DNA of 64,000 nucleotides, taken from contig JBOEGD010000009.1 of the NCBI GenBank assembly GCA_050633245.1, positions 96,001 through 160,000 on the forward strand, in the 5' to 3' direction. This stretch comes from Calditrichia bacterium (GTDB lineage Bacteria > Calditrichota > Calditrichia > RBG-13-44-9 > J075). Positions 9,753 to 19,187 of the stretch are shown in pieces (within the stretch, counting starts at the first letter, position 1; each line of letters begins with the position of its first letter). Made by a program: the position numbers and the translations under genes. The notes under the pieces are model-generated. The model saw only the letters and a program-made list of their open reading frames with translations. It did not search any database and had not been told where the DNA came from.

Positions 9753-10080
9753 AACATATTCAATCGATAAGCGTGAAACTCATTTAATAAAGTATTCTCC
9801 TGGATGTCTGATTCAAAAATCAGAATGGATGCAATCATTGTTGTAACGAAAAGTTAATACAAGAAGAGGGGGAACGTTCTATTTCTGAAGCTCACTTCCT
9901 GCATTATTGGGGAGTAATTAATAATAGTTCTGCAGCTCATAGATGTCAACCCTTTTCCCTCCACACATACTTTTTTGGTTTGAATTCGAGTTATCGGAAC
10001 ATTTTTTGACTCTCTTGAAATTCTTCAGTAAACTTGTCTAAGAATCTCCCTAGGCCCTATACCTCAACTTGGTAGGTTTT

Positions 10081-10578
10081 ATGATTATTAATGAGCTCGT
10101 AATCGGGATTATTGGCGGTCTAATCGCTTCTCTGATCGTAGGAACGACTCTTCTATTGTATAAAAAAATTATTTTCCCCAAAATCGAAGAGATTATGTAT
10201 AAAGGAGGCATCGATTTCAGCGGAGAATGGGAGTATTCTATAGAGGATAAAGATATAAAAGGGAATAAGGCCGTTCGAGATTTTTCACTCAATCTTGAGC
10301 AGCATGGGTTCAGGATATCTGGAAATTTTATTATTAACAATAAATTTGATGATGGGTCGAAAATCCTGTCTGTTTACAATGTTACTGGCATTGTTGCAAA
10401 TAATTTTATTACTGCACATTACCTTCCAAAGTCACGGAAACGTAATGGTGCTGGTACACTTCTACTAGAGATTGGCAAGGGTGGTAAAGAACTCTTGGGA
10501 ATTAATACAGGCGTAAGTGTTGAGACTGGGAAGGTGAAGATTCGAGATAACTTTATTCTTCTAAGGAAAGGATTTTAA
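10081..10578 (+). CDS. TM + beta-barrel protein resembling SMODS-associated 2TM-beta/Cap15 effector domain
   Basis: One N-terminal TM, then 'DFSGEW', 'LEQHGFRISG', 'G.LLL' beta-rich pattern. ATG at 10081 preferred over track start 10069. Confidence 0.55.
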   Translation: MIINELVIGIIGGLIASLIVGTTLLLYKKIIFPKIEEIMYKGGIDFSGEWEYSIEDKDIKGNKAVRDFSLNLEQHGFRISGNFIINNKFDDGSKILSVYNVTGIVANNFITAHYLPKSRKRNGAGTLLLEIGKGGKELLGINTGVSVETGKVKIRDNFILLRKGF

Positions 10579-10626
10579 ACCTGCCATCTCCGAATATTGA
10601 TTCGTTCATCTTATTCCATTTGACTC

Positions 10627-11880
10627 TCACAACCTCCCCACCGGCGGCTTCTCCCGCGCCCCATCATCTGCCCGCAGCGCCTTGATGACTTGCTCCACTT
10701 GGGCCTCAAAGATTGAGTCATCGTTCTCCCAACCTCTAAAGTCTGCTGCCAGCCTCGATCGAACCTGCGTCTTCTTGGCGCTCTGCCAACCATTGCCCAG
10801 GTAGCCATCCAAATCCAGCGGAATAAGCGAGAGCACCTTCCTTTGGCGTTCCCGCATCAGCTTCTGCTCCTTATTGAAGGCCGTCTCAATCTCGTTGTCT
10901 ACCCACCAGCTGGTTAGCGACTGCTCAGTGCAGCAAAGCAAAACTTTGTCCCAGCCCCTGATACCACGATCGACCTGTTCAAAGATATCATCACCGGGCA
11001 GCATCTGCTTTTCATCCAACCAGCATCGAATGCCTTTGTCCTGGAGAGTGTCATGCAGCCGGCGGGCAAATTTCTTATTAGCGTGGCTATAGCTGATGAA
11101 GCAGGAGTAATACTGGACTGGGTTGGCGATACGTATTTGAGCAATCTTATAGGTAATATCTATCAACTGTCCATCAGACAAGTCTTTTTGGTAGAGCTTG
11201 GTAGCCTCTATTTCCCAATCAGAAAGGCCACATCCTTTGAGGAACTTCTCTGGTAGAACGCCACTTCTTGAGAATGTGCTGGTGTCCAACATGCTTGGCC
11301 CTTTATGTATACATGTTTCAAGGTTTTTGGTGTTTGAGAGGGCTATATTTAGAAGTTTTGTCTCATTCAAGATAGACTCATAGAGCGACGCGTTGCTTAA
11401 TTTAGAATAATGCAGGTTAGCCCAACTGAGGTCGGCCATACTGAGGTTGGCACTTTCAAGATTGATCCCTTTAAGATTGGCGCCACTAAGGCTGGCGTTT
11501 TTTAGATTAGCACTGCTGAAGTCAGCATCTTCGATGTTAGCCCAACCAAGGCTGGCGCCTTCAAGGTTTGCTAAAGAGAGATTAGCCTCGTCAAGATCGG
11601 CTGCGTGGAGACTGGCTTTTTCGAGGTTGGTTTTAACAAGGTTGCTCTCTACAAGTATGGTTTCCGTGAGCTTTGCTTTTTTTAGGTTACTCATACTAAG
11701 GTCGGCCCAGAGGAGGTTCGCTTCACTGAGATTGACGTCTTCGAAATTAACCTCTATCAGCTTGAACCTTGTGAGGTCAGCCTCTATAAGATCCGGCCTC
11801 ACATCTGGATTTTCCTCCCGCCACTTATTCCAAACCTCAACACCCTGCTTCAGAATGTCCAAATGCTCTGGATTCGCCAT
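10627..11880 (-). CDS. Pentapeptide-repeat + TIR domain protein (copy 2)
   Basis: Same architecture as 2452..3585; TIR nearly identical, more repeats. Confidence 0.92.
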   Translation of the reverse strand: MANPEHLDILKQGVEVWNKWREENPDVRPDLIEADLTRFKLIEVNFEDVNLSEANLLWADLSMSNLKKAKLTETILVESNLVKTNLEKASLHAADLDEANLSLANLEGASLGWANIEDADFSSANLKNASLSGANLKGINLESANLSMADLSWANLHYSKLSNASLYESILNETKLLNIALSNTKNLETCIHKGPSMLDTSTFSRSGVLPEKFLKGCGLSDWEIEATKLYQKDLSDGQLIDITYKIAQIRIANPVQYYSCFISYSHANKKFARRLHDTLQDKGIRCWLDEKQMLPGDDIFEQVDRGIRGWDKVLLCCTEQSLTSWWVDNEIETAFNKEQKLMRERQRKVLSLIPLDLDGYLGNGWQSAKKTQVRSRLAADFRGWENDDSIFEAQVEQVIKALRADDGAREKPPVGRL

Positions 11881-11974
11881 ACGCTGTTCCTTGGGGGAGT
11901 AATGTGATTGGATATCCTAATTATGGAGGCAGGGAGACCAAATGCAAATTATTTTTCGAAAGAATTAAGTTTAC

Positions 11975-12320
11975 CATTAACCCGCAATCATAGGATAGAA
12001 CCGAACGCTCTCTCAAAAACATAAGAAATGTTAGCCCCCTTAAAGGACTCCTACTTTCTGTGGAAACTTGAAGAGTAGATCAGGCAATTTATTTATCATT
12101 ACTATCACCAGCGAAATCCTGAGGTAATGGATAATGTCATGCCGGAAAATGGGTATTATTGAAGAAAAAAATGGATTGTAAGCTGACGAGAGAAAATTAA
12201 ACCAGGGGAGAATTCGACTAAAGTAAGGCAACAAAAAAGACAACTGAAAAACTATTAACACATTCACTAACTGTCTCTTAGATTACTAATAATTCTACCC
12301 CATTTTTTTTGATGTCATTC
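11975..12320 (+). mobile_element. Decayed 3' remnant of an IS3/IS481-type DDE transposase
   Basis: Broken frames give PQS*DRTERSLKNIRNV and SYFLWKLEE*IRQFIYHYYHQRNPEVMDNVMPENGYY*RK...REKIK, resembling the integrase-core tail 'PQT.GKIER...KN...Y..W.LE..I..F..YYN..R.H..L.N.TP...Y.GR'. Confidence 0.5.
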
Positions 12321-12387
12321 AACGTTCACTGGCATCCTGGGTGTTTTGTAAGATATAATTATTGTCCATTCCCGATCGGCAGGATTT

Positions 12388-14610
12388 GTGAATATGTGCA
12401 AACACACCTATACCAGCGATAGTGGAAAAGAGTCTCATTCCATGGGCAACCAATGCCCCCATCCAGAATATTACAAAAAAGGTCATGCAACCGCCATAAG
12501 CGAATCAGTAGATGGTCTGGTACCTGTTCTTCCAATAGATAGTAATGGGGTCTGCCTCTTCCATAGTAAGGATGTCATCTGGAAACGCAAGAACGGTTTC
12601 AAGCAAATTTTTCTTCAACTTGTGCAGTTCCTCAATAATGACAGCATCTTAAAATGTTGTGATTTTCGAGAGTTTGTATTTGTCGGCGATGAGCTTACAA
12701 TCAAAAATAATATCGAAGACTATGTACTCCAAATTACGAATACAGTATTCCAGAAACCGGTGTACTTCACGGGCGCATCCTTTATCGATTCATTCGAGCT
12801 TAACGATGTCAGTTTCCAGGATGGTGCCACGTTTCGCAGTACAACCTTCACCCAAGACCTGCAAATAATAAATACTCGCTTCTTTGGGCTCGAGTTTAGC
12901 AACACGACGTTTATGCAGATCGCCTACTTCATTAAGGTAGAGTTCCTGAGCTACGCTCTATTCATAAACAATCGGTTTACCGGAAAGACAGGCGTGTATA
13001 CGGTCAAGTTCGTGGACTCGTGTTTTCGGGGAATAACCGACTTCTCTGGCTCAGCCTTCACTTTGGGAGGTGAATCGACAGTTGGCTTTATAAAAGTTCA
13101 GTTTGAAGATTTCACGGATTTTGGGCGTACCCAGTTCCACTGCCAGGTCATCTTCAACGAAGTATCCTTCGCATTTAACACTGAGTTCATTGATACTTCG
13201 TTCGAAACGGTTAGCTCCTCAGCGCGTTACCGCGGAGCTGCTGTCGAGTTCAAACAAATCGAAGTTATGAAGAATGTAATCCTCACTTTCAAAAGTACGG
13301 ATCCCCAGAAAAGGCTGTTCTCCCATAATGTTCAATTTAGCTTTAAAGAAAAGCTGGATGGGATTATTCGGTTTGAGAACGTTAACTTCAGCCACATCGA
13401 TTCGGCTTCTAAGGATCGGTTAGTGCGGCTTGCAAAGTCAGGGAATGTCGAGATTGGGACAGGGTGCATAAAGTATCGTTTTCAAACCGACATTCGAACG
13501 GTCGCTGTGAGTCATGACAATGCTCCACTTGTTTTGGAGCTCTGCCAGACATTCACCAACTACTTCACGGTGAGCAACGGCCTCAATTTGGGCTTTGAAA
13601 TCGTTGCGCGTGACGAAGCGAAAGTAAGCTTTTTCTACTTTACTGACGAAAACATTTCAGAAGCCACCTTTCACGCACGCCTGGCGCATACGGAACAAAG
13701 TTTGTGGAATCTGCTTAGATATCGTTCCGATGAGCAGCTCAAAGCCTTGGAAGCAGCGTCAGCAACGGCAAAGCCCTCTATCCGGGAAAACGCGATCATT
13801 AACGCAGTCGACGGTATCTCGGCACTTCTCGGCACATTCTTCCGTGTAGGAATGAGAATCGCCTTGGGAACCTGGAAAGAGGCTGACACAAAAGCACTCT
13901 TGGGTGCCGTTCAATTTAATAGCGATGGTGCCGAGAACCGCGCACTGAGCTTGCATCGAGTCTTCACAGAAAATTACACCGCAACTACGCTCTTAGATAT
14001 CAACCGTCAGCAAAACCGGCTATTGTCCCCAATGGTTATGGATAGTCGCTACATGGACACTCCCAAGAAGGTCAAAATTCTTTTTTTGGGTGCCAATTCC
14101 TCGAGTTCACCACTGGGCCTTGACTTAGAAGTCAAGCAGCTACAAACCAACCTGAAGCTTGCCAAGGAGCGCGACACCTTAGAGTTTAGCCAAGAGTGGG
14201 CTATAACTGTCGATTCGTTAATGCAGGCGATGCTTGATGAATCACCGACGATCGTTCATTTCTCGGGCCATGGCAACGAATCGGGTATTATTCTTCAGGA
14301 TGGAATGGGCGAACCCAAGGTCGTGTCGACAGACGCCTTATCTAACATGTTCAAACTCTTTAAGGATAGACTTCAATGCGTTGTACTGAACTCATGTTAC
14401 TCAAAGCCTCAGGCACAGGCGATCCGGATGCATATCCCACATGTCATCGGCATGAGTTCAAGTATTCCTGATCCGGCGGCAATTGCATTTTCCACGGGAT
14501 TCTACAAGGCTGTAGGGGCGGGAAAGGATATCCCATTTGCGTTTGATCTGGGAAAAGCGGCCATTCAATTGGAAGGTATTTCCGGTGAAAACATCCCTGT
14601 CTTACTATAA
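12388..14610 (+). CDS. Pentapeptide(F-type)-repeat protein with C-terminal CHAT (caspase-like) domain
   Basis: CxFH motif and F..A.F repeats; C-terminal KILFLGAN, VHFSGHG, VVLNSCYS (His/Cys dyad intact). Confidence 0.85.
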   Translation: MNMCKHTYTSDSGKESHSMGNQCPHPEYYKKGHATAISESVDGLVPVLPIDSNGVCLFHSKDVIWKRKNGFKQIFLQLVQFLNNDSILKCCDFREFVFVGDELTIKNNIEDYVLQITNTVFQKPVYFTGASFIDSFELNDVSFQDGATFRSTTFTQDLQIINTRFFGLEFSNTTFMQIAYFIKVEFLSYALFINNRFTGKTGVYTVKFVDSCFRGITDFSGSAFTLGGESTVGFIKVQFEDFTDFGRTQFHCQVIFNEVSFAFNTEFIDTSFETVSSSARYRGAAVEFKQIEVMKNVILTFKSTDPQKRLFSHNVQFSFKEKLDGIIRFENVNFSHIDSASKDRLVRLAKSGNVEIGTGCIKYRFQTDIRTVAVSHDNAPLVLELCQTFTNYFTVSNGLNLGFEIVARDEAKVSFFYFTDENISEATFHARLAHTEQSLWNLLRYRSDEQLKALEAASATAKPSIRENAIINAVDGISALLGTFFRVGMRIALGTWKEADTKALLGAVQFNSDGAENRALSLHRVFTENYTATTLLDINRQQNRLLSPMVMDSRYMDTPKKVKILFLGANSSSSPLGLDLEVKQLQTNLKLAKERDTLEFSQEWAITVDSLMQAMLDESPTIVHFSGHGNESGIILQDGMGEPKVVSTDALSNMFKLFKDRLQCVVLNSCYSKPQAQAIRMHIPHVIGMSSSIPDPAAIAFSTGFYKAVGAGKDIPFAFDLGKAAIQLEGISGENIPVLL

Positions 14611-15100
14611 CTATAAAGAAGCAATTGAAAAGCATCTTGTTTTATAAGGTCACAAAAGGATAGAGAAGCCATTCAAAAATTAGTCAGAACATACGAAGAA
14701 GAATCCTGGATTACGTGATTCGAGGTGGCTTGATTAGAATCTTTGAAATTGGTTCGCGTCTTTTGGAATAAGTTAGGAAAAGTGTTGTGCGCATGGATAA
14801 TTATGAGAAAAAATCATTCCGTCAAATCAATGGAGCTCCTCTAAAACTACGATCCCGTTTAAGTTGCACTTTGAGCTTGACTCTCCTCCGCCATCCAGCC
14901 AAAAATATGTCATCAAATTTTAGTAGGAGCGGGATTCATTCGGTATTTTCTGTGCCTTGCCCCACGCACGACAATGAATCGGAATGCGAATAAAATATTC
15001 CTGCACATCTATTAGAAGGGTTCAAAACCAGTGAAACTTTACGCAACCGTCACCTGGTTTTGAACGACTCAAGAATAAATCTGATGATGTAAAACTATAA

Positions 15101-16093
15101 TCATAATAACGCCATTTCACGATTATATTTGCGCCGATACTCCAAAGGAGATAATCCGGTAAATTTTTTAAACGTTTTTCTAAAGGCTCTGTCGTCATTG
15201 TATCCAACGCTATACATAACATCAGAAACATTTAAAGTTGAGGATTCCAGGCTCCTTTTCGCAGATTCCACCTTTACTCGCTGTATGTATTCCAAAGGGG
15301 TATTGTAAGTAGCTTTTTTGAATCTCCTTACAAAGTTTCTTCTACTGATTGCAAATGTATTGGCTAATTCTTCGATACTTAGTTTTTTTTGAAAATTCTT
15401 TTCTATATATAGTTGCGCTTCTTTTATCGGCTCATCTGAATGATCTTTCTGTCCATTAAAGATTATAAAGTGGCTCTGATCGCTGCGCTCATAATCTATT
15501 TCCGACACTTTGGCACACCAAATAGCTGATTCTCTTCCATAATACTTCTCAACCAGATAAATCAATAGATTCAGAAATGAATAGGCACCACCACTCGAAT
15601 AGATCCCATTATCTTCGGTGATGATTTTCTCAGCTAAAAGATTTACTTGTGGAAACCTCTTAATAAAGGCTTGATGGACCGTCCAATGAGTGGCACAGGA
15701 TTTACCATTCAATAAACCTGTCTCAGCCAATAAAAACGCCCCTTTACACAAGCTGGCAACCTTCGCACCATTCTCAATTCGCTGCTTTTTTATCCAATTG
15801 ATAAATGGTGAATTTCTTACAAGTGCTTTTTCCAGATCGCCACTAATCCCGGATATTACTATCAGATCCGTTTTAACGACTTGATCAATACTTTTTGTAG
15901 GGGTCACCTGAAAGGCCCCGTTAAAACAGGATGCCTCCTTTGTTAAGCCGACCAAATCTATCTTGTATTTGTCCTCTTGCAGCTGACCGGTATTTCTTAA
16001 GTAAGCATTGGCCATCCTAAACATATTTAGTGACCCGGTAATAGTTTCCAGTATTGCGTCTCCCCGTGGAACCAGAATACTTATATGTTTCAT
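15101..16093 (-). CDS. GlxA-family AraC transcriptional regulator (DJ-1/PfpI + HTH)
   Basis: ASLCKGAFLLAETGLL, ATHW, AraC HTH; likely start MKHISIL at 16093. Confidence 0.92.
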   Translation of the reverse strand: MKHISILVPRGDAILETITGSLNMFRMANAYLRNTGQLQEDKYKIDLVGLTKEASCFNGAFQVTPTKSIDQVVKTDLIVISGISGDLEKALVRNSPFINWIKKQRIENGAKVASLCKGAFLLAETGLLNGKSCATHWTVHQAFIKRFPQVNLLAEKIITEDNGIYSSGGAYSFLNLLIYLVEKYYGRESAIWCAKVSEIDYERSDQSHFIIFNGQKDHSDEPIKEAQLYIEKNFQKKLSIEELANTFAISRRNFVRRFKKATYNTPLEYIQRVKVESAKRSLESSTLNVSDVMYSVGYNDDRAFRKTFKKFTGLSPLEYRRKYNREMALL

Positions 16094-16232
16094 GTGCTGA
16101 ACCTTTCTGTTTTGCAAAGATAAGCAAAGAATTTGGCACAAACAACCCCGCAAGGTGTCGCAAATCACCCTTTCCATAGAGATGTTTGGGCCATAATATT
16201 AATCAACATTAATTATCACTAAAGGAGATACA

Positions 16233-16619
16233 ATGAAGAATCAAGAAATTATGGTGTTCTATAAGTGGACTGCCAAGCATGGAAAATTGGACGAGCTGAA
16301 AACGATTTATAGTGATGTTCTGAAAGCAATGAAGGATGGTGAACCGGGAACTCTTAAAATGGATTGCTACTTTGCGGATGAAGAAAACGCGATATACGTA
16401 CACGACCTCTTTAAAGATGGCGCTGCCTTAGGTGCGCATCTCGGTGGTACCGCTGCTCACCACTTTCCCAAACTCGCTGAAATCGCATTACCCGGTCCTT
16501 TTTTCTTCTGCGGCGATGTTCCCGAAGAATTGATGCAGGCGGCAATTGGAATGAACATGGGTGCTGAATTTGGCAAGCATGCTTTTGGATTTGAACGAAG
16601 CGCTTCTCAGTCAGGTTAA
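16233..16619 (+). CDS. Antibiotic-biosynthesis-monooxygenase (ABM)-like protein
   Basis: EPGTL..D.Y...D.F.D..AL.AH pattern; AAGGAG RBS; divergent from the AraC regulator. Confidence 0.7.
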   Translation: MKNQEIMVFYKWTAKHGKLDELKTIYSDVLKAMKDGEPGTLKMDCYFADEENAIYVHDLFKDGAALGAHLGGTAAHHFPKLAEIALPGPFFFCGDVPEELMQAAIGMNMGAEFGKHAFGFERSASQSG

Positions 16620-16735
16620 TCCCAATGGATTTAACAAAATAATAGTGACCTGATTGTAGCTTTCGAAAGAATTGCGTCGGAGAAACGCTCACCAGCCCCT
16701 CAATTTGACAGCTTCAAAGCCACCATAATAATGAC

Positions 16736-16775
16736 AAAGCCCGGTAAGATAATCGGTTTTATCTTACCGGGCTTT
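16736..16775. terminator. Terminator hairpin downstream of tRNA-Leu
   Basis: AAAGCCCGGTAAGATAA...TTATCTTACCGGGCTTT inverted repeat. Confidence 0.75.
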
Positions 16776-16776
16776 G

Positions 16777-16860
16777 TACCGGGAGCGGGACTCGAACCCG
16801 CACATAGTTGCCTATACTGGATTTTGAATCCAGCGCGTCTACCAATTCCGCCATCCCGGC
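16777..16860 (-). tRNA. tRNA-Leu(CAA)
   Basis: GCCGGGATGGCGGAATTGGTAGACGCG CTGGA-TTCAAAA-TCCAG, long variable arm, GGTTCGAGTCC; CCA not encoded. Confidence 0.95.
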
Positions 16861-16970
16861 ATGTAATGGGACGAAAAAATACGCAAGATATGAGTGGAAG
16901 TCAAGCTGAAATAGCTGAATACAGGTGCCAATTCATTACACCTGTGCAGGCGATCCGAAGGAAAAAGAGT

Positions 16971-17282
16971 TTAAAGAAGATCGACACTCTCTTTTTGCAA
17001 TTTAAGGCCGAAAAGAATCCTCTCAACCGGTTCCTCTAATGCTACGGCAAACTTTGCTATTGAAAGAAGCGTCATATTTGCATTACCACGAAGGACCTTT
17101 GTAATATAGGCATTGGATGTTTGCATTCTGGTTGCCAGTGCGGTTCGATTGAGCCCCTTTTGATCCATAATCTGGCAGATAGATTCCGTGATATCCATAG
17201 CCATACCTTCCGCCAGATATTCAGGATCAAATTGCAGTTCTTTATCGAGCCTGTTCAAGCTTTTCTTTAGTGACATCTTCAT
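16971..17282 (-). CDS. XRE/HigA-like HTH antitoxin
   Basis: GLNRTALATRM.TS.AYITKVLRG..NMTL.SI.K HTH; overlaps the upstream toxin. Confidence 0.85.
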   Translation of the reverse strand: MKMSLKKSLNRLDKELQFDPEYLAEGMAMDITESICQIMDQKGLNRTALATRMQTSNAYITKVLRGNANMTLLSIAKFAVALEEPVERILFGLKLQKESVDLL

Positions 17283-17712
17283 TCTCCAACAGCATTTTTA
17301 CAAAATCGCTTCCCTTTTGATAAGCCGCCCGCGTTTGTTTCCGAGCTTTGTCAGAGCGCTTTTCAAAACCGTTGAGCAAGATAAGACAGTCTTCATAAGG
17401 GCAACATAGGATACGGCAACCCGGGTTGTGCAGCTTAATCTCCCAAACCCCATAGCTTGCCAAATATTTTAGTAATTCTCTGTTAGTGGTTTCAAATCCA
17501 TAATTATCTGCTATGCGGACAATCCTCACAAGAATGCGTTTTTTCGCTTTTTCATCCAGCTGAGTTAAAAAGTCTTGAAAAGTATTCCGATGGTTCACCA
17601 CAAGCGAAACAACCTTAAAGAGCTGAAATCGCCCTTCTATTTCAAAGAAGTAGCTATGTGACAAATTATTTAACCCACAGGTTAAAATACTCGCCCACTT
17701 AACCGGAAGCAA
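17242..17712 (-). CDS. RelE/HigB (Gp49-like) toxin; true start probably downstream of 17712
   Basis: GVWEIK...RIL...LILLNGFEK; toxin-before-antitoxin order. Confidence 0.78.
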   Translation of the reverse strand: MLPVKWASILTCGLNNLSHSYFFEIEGRFQLFKVVSLVVNHRNTFQDFLTQLDEKAKKRILVRIVRIADNYGFETTNRELLKYLASYGVWEIKLHNPGCRILCCPYEDCLILLNGFEKRSDKARKQTRAAYQKGSDFVKMLLENEDVTKEKLEQAR

Positions 17713-17777
17713 GTCATAATATTCAGATCGGGGGTTTACTATTCTATTCGCGATTGAAAGGAGATTTTGGGAGTTTT

Positions 17778-18443
17778 CTACAGAAATTTTTTAACAACGC
17801 GCCAATCTTTCAGCATCTGTTCAAAGCTTCGATGGGTATTTTGCACGGTTCGGCTGGGATGATAGAGAGGAATAATTACGCTATTAGCATTCAAGAAAAC
17901 TGGTTTACCTGCTATCTCTGACATATTGAGACTCATTTTAACATTATAGCAGCGCAAAACAGACTGTATAGCTTTCTTACCTATGCCGAGAACGACTCGT
18001 GGTGAAACAATATCAATCGTCTGGCGCAAAAATGGCTGACAATTTTTATAACAGGCTGCGGGAATATATTGCTGCCGACGACTCTTCCCCTTTACTCCCT
18101 TCTTCATGCAAAGGACCGCATTTGTAAAGAATACTTTATCATTGGGAGCCCCGAGCTGCGGGACTTCAAGATCAATACCAATGCTTTCAAACAGCTTAAT
18201 CAGGGTAAGATTTGTTCCAACATTGTATCCGGCCCAACCTTTAAAAGTGCGAAAACCGGCGACGTCGGCAAAATCTTGCCCTACCAAAACAATCGGCGAA
18301 TCTAGGTTGTCCTGCCAATTGCTATAAGCGCCAATGCGATCCGTATCATAACGGCCATCATCGATTTGGCTGGCATTGGTGAGAATTCCAGCACAATGAT
18401 TGCAGGATCTGCGGGCGGTTGCAAGAGAAGCGTAGGAAGGCAT
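17778..18443 (-). CDS. Uracil-DNA glycosylase superfamily protein
   Basis: C..C, LVGQDF, FFTNAVLC, C..FL...I..V.P, LYHPS motifs. Confidence 0.85.
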   Translation of the reverse strand: MPSYASLATARRSCNHCAGILTNASQIDDGRYDTDRIGAYSNWQDNLDSPIVLVGQDFADVAGFRTFKGWAGYNVGTNLTLIKLFESIGIDLEVPQLGAPNDKVFFTNAVLCMKKGVKGKSRRQQYIPAACYKNCQPFLRQTIDIVSPRVVLGIGKKAIQSVLRCYNVKMSLNMSEIAGKPVFLNANSVIIPLYHPSRTVQNTHRSFEQMLKDWRVVKKFL

Positions 18444-18458
18444 TTTTATCTTGCCTTT

Positions 18459-18767
18459 CTAAAACCGAAACTCTTCGCCTTCATCGCTTTCCAACGGCGG
18501 CAGGTGATTTTCCGGATCAGGTGTCGGTGCCGACGAGTGCTCGATGCGACGAACAGATTCCGGGCGTAGCGCCTCAACCAGTCGGGCACGGATGTCTTCA
18601 AAAGTGTGCTCGACATCTTTATATTTTATGTGCCAAATAGTCAGCTCTTCCAAATATTTGGCTAATTCGATTACGCGGTGATCTTCACCCTCGCTGGCAC
18701 AACGGGCGATCTTACTTAAAAGTTGGGTGTGAAGCCGCTCAAAAGACTGCTGCATAATATCATCCAA
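18459..18767 (-). CDS. Hypothetical helical protein upstream of UDG gene
   Basis: 102-aa ORF ending 15 bp before the UDG start. Confidence 0.5.
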   Translation of the reverse strand: MDDIMQQSFERLHTQLLSKIARCASEGEDHRVIELAKYLEELTIWHIKYKDVEHTFEDIRARLVEALRPESVRRIEHSSAPTPDPENHLPPLESDEGEEFRF

Positions 18768-18980
18768 TCGTTTTAATGCATTCGTCCGCCGACAGGGGAA
18801 GCGACAGAGATTACGGAGAGTTTTTCATAAATTAGCTCAAATTCGACTGGATAAAGTGGAGCATGTCAATAAATCGCGATAAAGGAATTCTAAAATGTGT
18901 GACGTATTTAATCATACACCTCGTTTCGACCTCGACTCCTTTCGACCTGACACTCTGTAAGATTTTTTCTGTCTCCTCGT

Positions 18981-19050
18981 CGACCTATAAGTCCCGAAGC
19001 GACGACCTACCCCCTACAAACGAAGCGCCTTCAAGCGAAGCACCCAATAA
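18981..19050. repeat. CTAC/hairpin REP-like cluster A
   Basis: CGACCTA/CTACCCCCTAC linkers with GCGAAGC-type hairpins. Confidence 0.65.
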
Positions 19051-19187
19051 TAAAAACGCCGACCGATGATTCGAGCAAATCACCGACCGACATTTTTGTT
19101 CAACCTAATTCTAATATCAGAATCTAAAATTCACACCGATACTATGTATTTTATCTCTATTCTCTGTTCTGTATTCTCTGTTCTGTG

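Noticed and set aside
2452-11880. Diversity-generating retroelement explanation for the TIR paralogues
   Set aside because: No reverse transcriptase in the window; differences are not adenine-specific and both copies are full genes.
12040-12267. 75-aa hydrophobic minus-strand ORF
   Set aside because: Antisense to the IS transposase remnant, which explains the sequence better.
14640-15070. RAYT-like fragment (AWIIMRKNH) and imperfect palindromes
   Set aside because: HUH motif absent; the palindromes have no second copy in the window.
16731-17039. ORFs spanning the tRNAs (also 61429..61785, 61607..61882)
   Set aside because: They overlap tRNA-Leu genes; spurious.
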